From positions 1-60,954 of the IMG/VR virus record IMGVR_UViG_3300017776_000012: a stretch of DNA of 60,954 bases; one strand, given 5' to 3'. The notes beneath the pieces were generated by a model, which had not been told where the DNA came from, made no database searches, and saw nothing but the letters and a program-made list of their open reading frames with translations. Numbering within the stretch: position 1 is the stretch's first letter; the number at the start of each line of letters is the position of its first letter. This document shows, piece after piece, positions 18,922 through 28,051 of this stretch. The position numbers and the translations under genes are program-made. The DNA comes from a virus. Taxonomy: Duplodnaviria; Caudoviricetes.

Positions 18922-20666
18922 TCCCGTTTATTTGATCTCGTTTTAATTTTATCCCAACCAATGAGACGAAGAGGAGCCCTATTGTCTTTCTTAAGCACCT
19001 TAACAGCACCAGAAAGACCTCTAGAGATCATGGCGGACCTACGCCCATCATTCTCCCACCTGTCATACTCATCTTGTTTGTTCTTATGTTCCTGAGCAAC
19101 AATCATCTTATCTACATCAACGCCAAGCATGTCGGTATAGTAGCTTACAGAATGAGCTAAGGCATCAATCCGGTCATCTCGCTTCAATGCTCCTCGCCGT
19201 CTAGAGATGCGAGTTAATTGGATCTGATTCTCTTGATCGCTCAGAACCCTAGGGTCCATGACAAGTCGCCCATTGGCAATTACTGGTTCAATGGTATCTA
19301 AGATTCTCTGCTCTTTATGACCATGAACCCTAAACCCGTCGATGCCTACATGACTGCAATACTTAGCGATAATAGGATGTAGGATGGTTCCAAACATACC
19401 ATCACCAAAGTTCTCTTCATACCGAATAAGCTTGACCTTATATTGCATAGCCAGTTCGGCGATCTTGACAAGAACAGTCTCATCATATCCGCCATCTAGC
19501 CCTAACATCTCATGAATACATATGTATCCAGTAGGGGTAGCTGAGGCAACAATAACACCTGTCTCATCATGACCCCTACCTGAGGGGTCTACATGGATAG
19601 TAGTAATAGTATAATCTTCAAATGCCTCAGACTTGTACATAGGGTGATAAACTTTATCCCCAGACATCCCAACACTATTGATACTCTTATGAGGATTGGA
19701 ACGGGCATGCTGAACTTTCTGGTGGAAGGAATCTAAGCCTACATCCGTACAGATAATATCCTTCAATTTAAGAGGATACTTCTCTTCATCTGAGAGAGAG
19801 GTGTCAAGCAGGAACTGGAGCGCATAATTTGCCGGTCCAATCTTAGCCAGCCTCTCATCTAAAGTTTCTCTATCGAACCTCTCAGGCTGCGTAGGATCGC
19901 CCGGACTAGCTTCGAGCTCTACCATACGTTCTGTGATCCACGGGCTGATGTGCTCCATCCTAGTGGGTATAGTGGGGTCAGGAAACTCTGCCGGGAACTT
20001 AATGAAGGGATATCCTGAGGCTGCCAGCTTATTGTAGTTAGAATCACGGGTATGGGGAGTACCTAGGAAGATAACCCTACCGCCCTTATTACGGATAGAT
20101 TCAAATTCATGGATCCGACCTAACAGCTTGTCCCTCATCTCCTGAGTATCGCAGTTGCCCCGAACCTCAAGGTCATCGCCCACGATATAGTCAGCGTGCC
20201 GACCAATGATCTGGGAGGTAATACCTGCAGCACTTACCGACTTGTCCTGAGATACCTTAACTCGACATGCCGTATTAAAGGCCATAGCGTTATCGGTATC
20301 ATCATCCCCCGGAAGGAGATGGTTCATGAAGGGGACCGCAGTCAGAATGCTTCTCGTCATAGAGATAAAATCAATAGCCTTCTGAGCTGTAGCAGAAGTG
20401 ACCAAGATGGTTGCATTAGGGTCACGTAAGAGCCACCACGAAGCAAGCATAGATGTGATAACACTCTTACCTGTACCACGACCTGCAGCCAGAACCATAT
20501 CATTATCGTGGTTCTGAAGGGAATCCATAATGCCATACTGAATAGGGGTTGGTTCCCCAAATCCCATGTATTTCATTACGTAATAGCCGTAGTTCCTAAA
20601 GTCCTGTATAGCCTCATCAGGCACATTAGATGGGATCATTCTCTCATCTAGTTTATTGTTAATCAT
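18915..20666 (-). CDS. terL: Terminase large subunit (T7 gp19-like)
   Basis: AGRGTGKS Walker A, GRHADYIVGDDLE Walker B, FLGTP, HVDPSGRGHDETG nuclease motif, DDRIDALA. Confidence 0.95.
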   Translation of the reverse strand: MINNKLDERMIPSNVPDEAIQDFRNYGYYVMKYMGFGEPTPIQYGIMDSLQNHDNDMVLAAGRGTGKSVITSMLASWWLLRDPNATILVTSATAQKAIDFISMTRSILTAVPFMNHLLPGDDDTDNAMAFNTACRVKVSQDKSVSAAGITSQIIGRHADYIVGDDLEVRGNCDTQEMRDKLLGRIHEFESIRNKGGRVIFLGTPHTRDSNYNKLAASGYPFIKFPAEFPDPTIPTRMEHISPWITERMVELEASPGDPTQPERFDRETLDERLAKIGPANYALQFLLDTSLSDEEKYPLKLKDIICTDVGLDSFHQKVQHARSNPHKSINSVGMSGDKVYHPMYKSEAFEDYTITTIHVDPSGRGHDETGVIVASATPTGYICIHEMLGLDGGYDETVLVKIAELAMQYKVKLIRYEENFGDGMFGTILHPIIAKYCSHVGIDGFRVHGHKEQRILDTIEPVIANGRLVMDPRVLSDQENQIQLTRISRRRGALKRDDRIDALAHSVSYYTDMLGVDVDKMIVAQEHKNKQDEYDRWENDGRRSAMISRGLSGAVKVLKKDNRAPLRLIGWDKIKTRSNKREW

Positions 20667-20884
20667 GATCCATTCTTAAGCTTAAATGGGGCTTCACCCA
20701 TAGCCATTTGGATCCTTTCAGCTTGCTTCTCGGACAACTCAACGTCCTCTCTAGGAGCTAAGTCCTTGAGTACAGCTCTAGCCGCATTAATAGACTTATC
20801 TGAGACTTCAGTCTCTAAGTAATCAATGGTGCTATCAATGAGTAAATCTTTTAATTTGCTTAATCTTTCATCTAATGTTGTCAT
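20663..20884 (-). CDS. Terminase small subunit (T7 gp18-like)
   Basis: Start moved to ATG 20884 (AAGGAG RBS); INAARAVLKD resembles the gp18-family motif; directly upstream of terL. Confidence 0.65.
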   Translation of the reverse strand: MTTLDERLSKLKDLLIDSTIDYLETEVSDKSINAARAVLKDLAPREDVELSEKQAERIQMAMGEAPFKLKNGS

Positions 20885-21125
20885 GATACAACTCCTTAAA
20901 TTCAATAATATTCTGTTTACAGATTTTGTGACATGTACTTGTAGTCTCACCTAGAATTGTATCAGTAAGCACCACGTATAGGGGAGTTTCGTGAAAAAGA
21001 AATCCTACAGTCTGAGCCGTAGGTAAGTCCTCTTCCGCCCATTCTTTTTGATCCTCAACTGGTTCCCAGCCCGGACCACCGTTTGATTCATGGTCTGTCC
21101 ATATAATGTGCACAATTTTCATCAT
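20868..21125 (-). CDS. Small hypothetical phage protein
   Basis: 85 aa, IxWxD...GW...GFL pattern; coupled to the tail tube B stop. Confidence 0.6.
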   Translation of the reverse strand: MMKIVHIIWTDHESNGGPGWEPVEDQKEWAEEDLPTAQTVGFLFHETPLYVVLTDTILGETTSTCHKICKQNIIEFKELYHDNIR

Positions 21126-24100
21126 TCAATACTCACATTCACACCAATATTTGCATCTACTTGCGCTTCAACATTCGTAAGATTAACAGGAGCATGATAT
21201 GTAGATTTAAGAATAATCTCTACATCGTCAGCATTGCCTGCAATTCTTGCGCTAAATTGACCATTCTTTTGAGTATGCAAGGGGGTACTCGTATCAGCAT
21301 CGTTAATAGTAATCAGAGCATTGCTGGTCCTAGACGGATCGAATAGAAGATCACTCTTCTTATTGGTTCTACCCCGACGAGTAATATCAACTTCATACTT
21401 ACCTGTCTTGTGATGCCTCACATTCAAGCTCTTAAGTTGAACCAATGAGTCAATATGAGTACTGTTCTCATCCCTAAGGATAAAGGGGCTGAGTTCCAGT
21501 TTCATGGTAAATGGCTCCCCAATCGTTACAGATTCGCTTACATGCGTAATGCCTGACTTAGCTACAGTAGTCGTAGTGCCGTCATTAGAATAAGTAAGTC
21601 CAGTTAATGGTTCAAAGTTATTAGAATCACGAACAATAGACACTGAGTCTGTAACATACGGTACAGTCCAATTGGTATTGCCAGAGTTATTGCTACCTGT
21701 GGTTGTTACTTTCTTGTCAAGTAGAATATCAGTCTCTAAAACACGAGACATTGACATTGTTTGTACGTAATATTTATTACTTTCTTTTGTGACAATATGC
21801 AAGTCATCCGAGGTCGTCGAGATGTTTTTAATCTCAGGCGGGGATGCATCATTCTCTCCGTAAATCCAACGATAGAATGACTGCTGACCAATCTTACCGT
21901 CAGGCATAAGCCTTTGATGGAATACATAAACATGATTTTTCTTACTAGTATCATTAGTAGTAAATAAGGCGTAATCATTTGAGGGAACTAAAAGGGTCTG
22001 AGTTACAGTTGTTGGGAAATACCCAAAGACTGGTTCACTGACAGAGTAAGAATACTCTTTACCATTCTTAGTCTTGTTATAGACAAACAAACGCCCAGCA
22101 TCACTGAAGTATAAAGACTCACCAATGTTTAGGGGTTTCGCTGTCTTTGAGGTGCTGTATTCACTAGCCTTACTTAGAACAATAGTGCTAGGAGAAATGT
22201 AATCGTCAGCCCCACTAAGGATAAACTGCTGTGTACCGTCAGTACCTAAGAAACATGAAGAAGCAAACGGCACAATCCATTGGATCTTTGTTGCATCAGT
22301 CTCACTGAGGCTAAGATCAATAGGATCGTCATCAGTAGGATCATCTCCATCATCAAACCACATGTTATATGGATTGTTTCTCTGAGAACTTACAATAGTA
22401 TTACCGGAAGCCATCCACAATCTGTTCTCCCAGTATCCAATAGCACTAATAGTTCCACCAGTATTTGTAGCTGCTTGGTTAATAGTCCCTTCACCCCCTG
22501 TAAAATTACCGGGATCTAATACTAATACTGAATTTTTATAAGAAGGAGCATCATTAAGGGTTTTAACCATATCAGCACCTAAAGTAACAGTAGTATTACC
22601 TTGAGTACCAGTACTCTTTTGAGTTAATACAATCTTAGGATAATGCTCAATATCAACTAAAATAGTACCGTTATGTCCACTGCTTCCTTCAACGGCGGCT
22701 TTAAAGTTACAAGCCCATTCATGACCATTTTGACCATGATGAAAATAAACAGTATTTGAAGGAGGAGTCTGATCCATATCATAAATAGACACTTGCTTGT
22801 ATGTCTTAGTTGTAGGAGAACTTTCACCGTCAATTAATTGGATGGTAGCATTATCGCTTAACCCATAAGGATCACTGTTTGATACTGATGTATATGGATC
22901 TGCTATTTTAGGAGTTTCGCCTCCGCCAACAGGAGAAGTAAATCCAAAATAAGCTTTACCCGGATCTGCTGCAATTAATTCAAGAGAAGCGGCTTTTGCT
23001 GAAATATCATAAGGCTTCTCACTAAGAGAAATAAAAGAGGGACCCGGATTATTAAACTTATTCCCTGATAATCTAGGAGCCCAAGGACCTTCTGAAACTA
23101 AAAAGTCAGGGCTGGAAACAGTACCATCCCATGCAATTAAGTGAGGCATGGTTGTTCTATCAAACACAGATCCTAATTCTGGTGTTCTAACTCTTTGGTA
23201 ATAAGGAGCAAGTCCCTTAAAGTTTGTTAATGAAACCTCAGGATATGCATTTGTATCTGCAATTCTTGGCCCGGGTTCAGGTCTAATTGTTTGGTATACA
23301 GGGACTCCGTGGTCATTTTCACCAAAAGTACTACCGCCGCTTGGATTACCAAATCTTTTAAATTCTTTAACAATTTTGCCTTCTTCTCCTCCGTATAGAT
23401 CGTAATCAATAGGAGTTGAAATAGTTCTATAATAGCCTGAAGGAAAAGGACCGCTTTTTTCTCTAATATAAAAGATAAACCCATCACCATCAGCAGGATT
23501 TCCTAGCAAGTAATGCGCTCCAAATCGTTGTTTATAATCTAAAGATTCTCCATCTCTGAATACCCAAGTAACATCATCTACACCTTCGCTATGTAAAGCT
23601 TTCATAGCATCCCTAACTTCACTCTTATTACGAACAAAAGGTGTTCGGGTTACGGGCCAATTAGCAGTAGTAATGCCTTCAACAACACTAGAACTAAGAG
23701 CATTACTAAACCGTAAAGAGTCAGGACTACCGCCTAAGTCTAAATACTTTCCTACGCTAACTGAGTTTTGATTATCAGCAATACTAGCAAAAGTAGAGTT
23801 ATAAGTTCTATCTCTATTATCAGAAGGAATATATCCAAACTCTTCCCAGTAATCAACATTTCCTAATTGCGAAGAAGTAGCACCTGCAAAATCTGTTTGA
23901 GTAAATTGAGAATCATACCGACTAACTAATTTATAAAGAGGGAAAAATCCATAGGGATAATTAATATAGTCTATATTACCTACAGCTGGAGCAGTATCTA
24001 CGGGATCTGAACCGTCTCCTGTAGCAGCTTGATTTGCCCCATCAGATCCTATGTATATTTTTCGGCCTAATGCTTGTACAAATGATAAGTCATTTGTAAA

Positions 24101-24793
24101 GTTATACTCAAAAAATCTTTTATCGCTAGCTGAAGAGTCAGAACTAGCGTCATCTGAGCCATGATACTTAACTGCCGCTTGATCGGCCATAAAAGGAGGT
24201 GTTCCGTTAAAAAGCCTAGTTTGATTTGAATCACTCATATCTCCCTCCTCTCTAACAGTAAACCTATCCAAAGCTTCATAGGTTAACTCTTGACCTTCAT
24301 CCGTCAACTTAAACTTAGCTTCAGCTTCAGTGTTAAGAATAACAAGAGAGTCTTGAACTCTAAGAACCTTAATCTTATCACTGTAAGCTCCGGATCCAAT
24401 GTTCAAGTAGGTCTTCAACTTTGTCATGTTACCATTGGTATCATTTAAAGAAGAGGCAGTAATTTTATTACCTGTCTGCATGTTAAACAACTGAACAACA
24501 TTAGCTGCAGCAGCTGCAGGATTAACGACAACAAAGATGCTATTGTCTTTATCTAATCTAAAGTTTTCAAAGATTAGCTCTCCTGCTGTAGGCTCAGTAA
24601 TGTTTAAGTCTCCACCAGATCGGTTATCGCTTTTAACAAAGGTAGTGCCATGTCTCTTCTCACTGCTACGTTCAAGGGATAAGAATACGTTATCAGCTTC
24701 CTCTACTTGGTCAGGTCTTCTCTTACTGGGAGCAGTCTTTGCCACACCCCCAGAGAATGAGGGCATCTTAATTGTTGTCTTCTGTGTAGGCAT
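21122..24793 (-). CDS. Tail tubular protein B / nozzle (T7 gp12-like), enlarged
   Basis: N-terminal FSGGV...KRHGT, YWENRLW, DDDPID, QQFIL; follows tail tube A. Confidence 0.9.
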   Translation of the reverse strand: MPTQKTTIKMPSFSGGVAKTAPSKRRPDQVEEADNVFLSLERSSEKRHGTTFVKSDNRSGGDLNITEPTAGELIFENFRLDKDNSIFVVVNPAAAAANVVQLFNMQTGNKITASSLNDTNGNMTKLKTYLNIGSGAYSDKIKVLRVQDSLVILNTEAEAKFKLTDEGQELTYEALDRFTVREEGDMSDSNQTRLFNGTPPFMADQAAVKYHGSDDASSDSSASDKRFFEYNFTNDLSFVQALGRKIYIGSDGANQAATGDGSDPVDTAPAVGNIDYINYPYGFFPLYKLVSRYDSQFTQTDFAGATSSQLGNVDYWEEFGYIPSDNRDRTYNSTFASIADNQNSVSVGKYLDLGGSPDSLRFSNALSSSVVEGITTANWPVTRTPFVRNKSEVRDAMKALHSEGVDDVTWVFRDGESLDYKQRFGAHYLLGNPADGDGFIFYIREKSGPFPSGYYRTISTPIDYDLYGGEEGKIVKEFKRFGNPSGGSTFGENDHGVPVYQTIRPEPGPRIADTNAYPEVSLTNFKGLAPYYQRVRTPELGSVFDRTTMPHLIAWDGTVSSPDFLVSEGPWAPRLSGNKFNNPGPSFISLSEKPYDISAKAASLELIAADPGKAYFGFTSPVGGGETPKIADPYTSVSNSDPYGLSDNATIQLIDGESSPTTKTYKQVSIYDMDQTPPSNTVYFHHGQNGHEWACNFKAAVEGSSGHNGTILVDIEHYPKIVLTQKSTGTQGNTTVTLGADMVKTLNDAPSYKNSVLVLDPGNFTGGEGTINQAATNTGGTISAIGYWENRLWMASGNTIVSSQRNNPYNMWFDDGDDPTDDDPIDLSLSETDATKIQWIVPFASSCFLGTDGTQQFILSGADDYISPSTIVLSKASEYSTSKTAKPLNIGESLYFSDAGRLFVYNKTKNGKEYSYSVSEPVFGYFPTTVTQTLLVPSNDYALFTTNDTSKKNHVYVFHQRLMPDGKIGQQSFYRWIYGENDASPPEIKNISTTSDDLHIVTKESNKYYVQTMSMSRVLETDILLDKKVTTTGSNNSGNTNWTVPYVTDSVSIVRDSNNFEPLTGLTYSNDGTTTTVAKSGITHVSESVTIGEPFTMKLELSPFILRDENSTHIDSLVQLKSLNVRHHKTGKYEVDITRRGRTNKKSDLLFDPSRTSNALITINDADTSTPLHTQKNGQFSARIAGNADDVEIILKSTYHAPVNLTNVEAQVDANIGVNVSIE

Positions 24794-25491
24794 TAGTATC
24801 CCCTTCTCACGCTATCTGAAATGTTAGATCCTGATCTAGGGAAATTGTTTCTACTGACAGCAAAGTACCTATTGAAGTCACCTGTAAAGAGATTTCTGCC
24901 TTTATTATTAATATCATTAGATCTACCTTGAGCTCTAGAGAGTTGAGCCCTACCGCTAAGCATAGCGTCCACATTGGTAGCACCTTGGGTAAGCATTTGA
25001 TATCGTCTTGCAGCCTCTTCCATGACCATACGTCTAGTGTTTACATTAAGGCTAGTAAAGGGGAGATACACCTTAACAACCAATCTAAATCCACCTTGAT
25101 CGCTAACCTTACTCGTATAAGCACTAAAGTCATCAGTTTGAGAAGTCACATTAAAGAGCTTACCGTCACGAACAGCGACATTCATTTGACCTTTATTTTC
25201 ACCACTAGAGTCAGTAACCTCAAGTAAGTCTTGGAGGTAAGCATCAATAGTCCCTGCTGGCAGGGTCACTGTGCTACCACCTCCTGCTGCAGCAATGATT
25301 GTTTCATAAACATTCTCATCGATGCCTCGTTCTTGGACTTCCTTAGTAACTACGTCGTTAAGAATAAACTGTGCAGTAACCGTATCAGTACCTTGATCAG
25401 CTGTCCCTAACGCTGCTACTGGCTGTTCACCAGCACTAATTAACATGTAGTTTACAGCTTCTAATTCAGTTAAGCTATCTGTTGCGGACAT
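24793..25491 (-). CDS. Tail tubular protein A / adaptor (T7 gp11-like)
   Basis: TELEAVNYMLISAGEQPV N-terminus; AARRYQ. Confidence 0.92.
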   Translation of the reverse strand: MSATDSLTELEAVNYMLISAGEQPVAALGTADQGTDTVTAQFILNDVVTKEVQERGIDENVYETIIAAAGGGSTVTLPAGTIDAYLQDLLEVTDSSGENKGQMNVAVRDGKLFNVTSQTDDFSAYTSKVSDQGGFRLVVKVYLPFTSLNVNTRRMVMEEAARRYQMLTQGATNVDAMLSGRAQLSRAQGRSNDINNKGRNLFTGDFNRYFAVSRNNFPRSGSNISDSVRRGY

Positions 25492-25512
25492 ATGTACCTC
25501 TCTTTAAATAGT

Positions 25513-25554
25513 AAAATAAAAAATAATCCCCTTAGCCGTTAAGCCAAGGGGATT
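25513..25554 (-). terminator. Intrinsic terminator after the major capsid gene (T-phi equivalent)
   Basis: Minus-strand AATCCCCTTGGC-TTAACG-GCTAAGGGGATT followed by a T-rich tail. Confidence 0.85.
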
Positions 25555-25570
25555 GGGATTAAAATGTATA

Positions 25571-26899
25571 TCAGACCGAGATCTGAACGTCAGTACCAGC
25601 GTTAAACGCTTCTCTTGACGCGCGGTTATCAAAACCGTTGTTAACAAAGTTATTATTGCCGTCGGTAGTTACACCAGACAAATTCCAAATGGAAGCACAA
25701 AGCTCAGGACGCAAGATACCGCCACCCATGTAGGTGGAAGCAACCGTAAACACGGTATTTCTACGAACGTCTTCAACCGTATCAACCTTCAGACCTTGCT
25801 TACGAACCGAAGCAATAGCACCTCTAGAGAAGATAGCTCCTCTAAAGTTACCTTGAAGTGCTCGGTTTGCATCAGCTTGATCATCACCATCAGCAGGGTT
25901 AATGAATGGGCTTAATGCAACCTGATAGTTAGCATCACCAGCAACATAATTACCTTGTGCTTGAGAAATGTGGTTAGAAGCCATGATGGTGCAACCCATG
26001 TAGTCAAGGGTAGAACTCATGCTAGTAGCTTGAGCAATACCCATAAACAGAGGATCGCTGTATCCACCTTGACTAAACATAGATCCAGCCACGTTACCTA
26101 CACCGTTAGGAGCAACATGAGAAACAGAAGCGATACCCAATCGACGAATCTCGTTAAAGACATTAGCAGGGATCACACAGACCAAGCCGGTATCAGGAAT
26201 ATCTAATTCCTTGTACTTGACCATTTCTTTCTCAATGGCAGCAAGAACAAAGAGGCCTTGCTTTTCGCCACTTAAGGAATCAAAGTGAGTAGTACTATCA
26301 GGATTGTAAATACGTCCGCTATAGCGGGTATCCATACCCTCGTAATCACCTGAGGTATCAACATCTGCGGTAGGAGTTTCCCCTTCTCTCTTATGGACTC
26401 TAGAGCCCTCAATAGAGCAGCTGTGAAGAAGCCGAGCTAATTGACGATCTCTTTCATTAGCAAGCGTAAGACCAGCTTGACGAGCGAGCTCAGATCGGAA
26501 TTCGAACTGCTCACGCATTAAGTCAAGGTTATCGAGCTCGAAGTGAGCAGCGATAGGTCTACGGTCTAATGAGATCGTAAAGGTAGAGGTCGTTGAACCG
26601 CCACCTGAAAGCTCTTCGCCTGATTCCCAAGCGTCTTTAAGAGCAATGGTGCCAGTCACTGGGAACTCAATAGTAGTACCAGAGTCAATGGTTCTTTGAT
26701 CGACTAAGCCTTCAAAGACATTATAGGCATCATAAGAGTGAAGAACTTCACCAGCCCAAGTATTAAGCCAGAGATTCATATCTCCGATTCCGGCCTCTAA
26801 ACCGACTTGCTTGATAGCAGCTGTAGCATCTCCAGATTTCGCACCCCATCTAACAAGATTGAGGTTAGGTTGTGAATGTGAATTATTAAAAGTTGGCAT
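25571..26899 (-). CDS. Major capsid protein (T7 gp10-like)
   Basis: LWLNTWAGEVL, RTIDSGTTIEFPVTG, RSELARQAGLTLANERD, GGGILRPE. Confidence 0.93.
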   Translation of the reverse strand: MPTFNNSHSQPNLNLVRWGAKSGDATAAIKQVGLEAGIGDMNLWLNTWAGEVLHSYDAYNVFEGLVDQRTIDSGTTIEFPVTGTIALKDAWESGEELSGGGSTTSTFTISLDRRPIAAHFELDNLDLMREQFEFRSELARQAGLTLANERDRQLARLLHSCSIEGSRVHKREGETPTADVDTSGDYEGMDTRYSGRIYNPDSTTHFDSLSGEKQGLFVLAAIEKEMVKYKELDIPDTGLVCVIPANVFNEIRRLGIASVSHVAPNGVGNVAGSMFSQGGYSDPLFMGIAQATSMSSTLDYMGCTIMASNHISQAQGNYVAGDANYQVALSPFINPADGDDQADANRALQGNFRGAIFSRGAIASVRKQGLKVDTVEDVRRNTVFTVASTYMGGGILRPELCASIWNLSGVTTDGNNNFVNNGFDNRASREAFNAGTDVQISV

Positions 26900-27030
26900 T
26901 TTAATTTTCCTTTTTAGGTTTAAATAATTAGCTAGAGCAAAAATAGATAAACCCAGAGCTGATTGTTCTCGTTAGAGAGTCAGCTTTACCCGGGGGAGTT
27001 GTTATATCGTAACATCTTGAATACTAATCA

Positions 27031-27042
27031 CTAGTTTCTAGT
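27031..27042 (-). promoter_or_regulatory. Candidate phage promoter motif ACTAGAAACTAG upstream of the capsid gene
   Basis: Exact copy at 52893-52904 and a 1-mismatch copy at 48231-48242; all intergenic. Confidence 0.5.
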
Positions 27043-27073
27043 CTTGTTATAACTCATCCGAGTCGGCGGTCGC

Positions 27074-28036
27074 TCAATTACCGCCATTTGTTAACCAAGG
27101 AGTCATTGCTAATCTTTGAGAGACAAAGGCTCTATACTCAGGATCTTGAACGTATCGTTGATCCCTCATAGCGCCATTCATTTCATGCGGATTAGCAAAC
27201 CCTTGGACTGCCTCGACAGCACTTGCATTTGCAACTCTGCCGGGGACTTGTTGTGGTTCTTCAGCTCGCATAGAGACTGAATCAGCCTCATAACGCGACA
27301 TCAAACCACGCAGTACATACTCGGAACCGGGACCAGCAAGTGCTTCATTCGTTGCAACTCTTTCTTCAGCACTTAAATTTTCCGCTGCCCAAGCAATAAC
27401 TTGTTTCAATTTATCAGGAGTACCTGCAACGCTTACTGCCTTGCTAACATTCTGCTGTTCAACAGATTTCATACCCTGATAGAAGGTGTAAATCATATCA
27501 TCACTTACACCGGGAAATGATTCTTTAATAGACTGAAGGGTTTCAGATGTAAACTGTCCCTGATTCTGCATGTATTCTTGTGACCATGCATCAGTCATTT
27601 CTGTAGTAACTTCTCTTGGTTGAGAAGCATATTTTAAATCTTCCAGAGCCTTGGCCTTAAGGACCTCAGATGGATCTGGAATATTTAAGAAGCCATCATA
27701 GGATCCCTGCTCACCTTCCTGAACTTCAGGGGCTGGTTGAGCTAAAGCATCGGTAGCCATTTGGGCTTTCAATGTTGAGATCTCTTGTCTGGCTTGTGTA
27801 TATTGACCTTGGGCTTCCTTCAATGAATCAAAGTAATCTCCAAAGTCTTTAAAGTTTCCGGGCAAGTCCATGCTGCCCTGAGCACCTTTAACAAACATGT
27901 CTCGCTCATAGTTATACTGCTGAGCTTCGGCACTCAATTGAGGAGGAGCCGTAGCCTGTTGTTCAGTATTAGGTGCTTGGACTTGCTGCTCAACACTAGG
28001 CTGAGCTGGTTGTGGTACTTGTGTATTTTCTTCCAT
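27074..28036 (-). CDS. Capsid scaffolding protein (T7 gp9-like)
   Basis: WAAENLS and C-terminal AMRDQRYVQDPEYRAFV; lies between portal and capsid genes. Confidence 0.88.
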   Translation of the reverse strand: MEENTQVPQPAQPSVEQQVQAPNTEQQATAPPQLSAEAQQYNYERDMFVKGAQGSMDLPGNFKDFGDYFDSLKEAQGQYTQARQEISTLKAQMATDALAQPAPEVQEGEQGSYDGFLNIPDPSEVLKAKALEDLKYASQPREVTTEMTDAWSQEYMQNQGQFTSETLQSIKESFPGVSDDMIYTFYQGMKSVEQQNVSKAVSVAGTPDKLKQVIAWAAENLSAEERVATNEALAGPGSEYVLRGLMSRYEADSVSMRAEEPQQVPGRVANASAVEAVQGFANPHEMNGAMRDQRYVQDPEYRAFVSQRLAMTPWLTNGGN

Positions 28037-28051
28037 GTATTATCTCCTTGG

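Noticed and set aside
25571-25640. T7 10A/10B-style frameshift at the capsid gene end
   Set aside because: No slippery site seen, and a terminator follows immediately.
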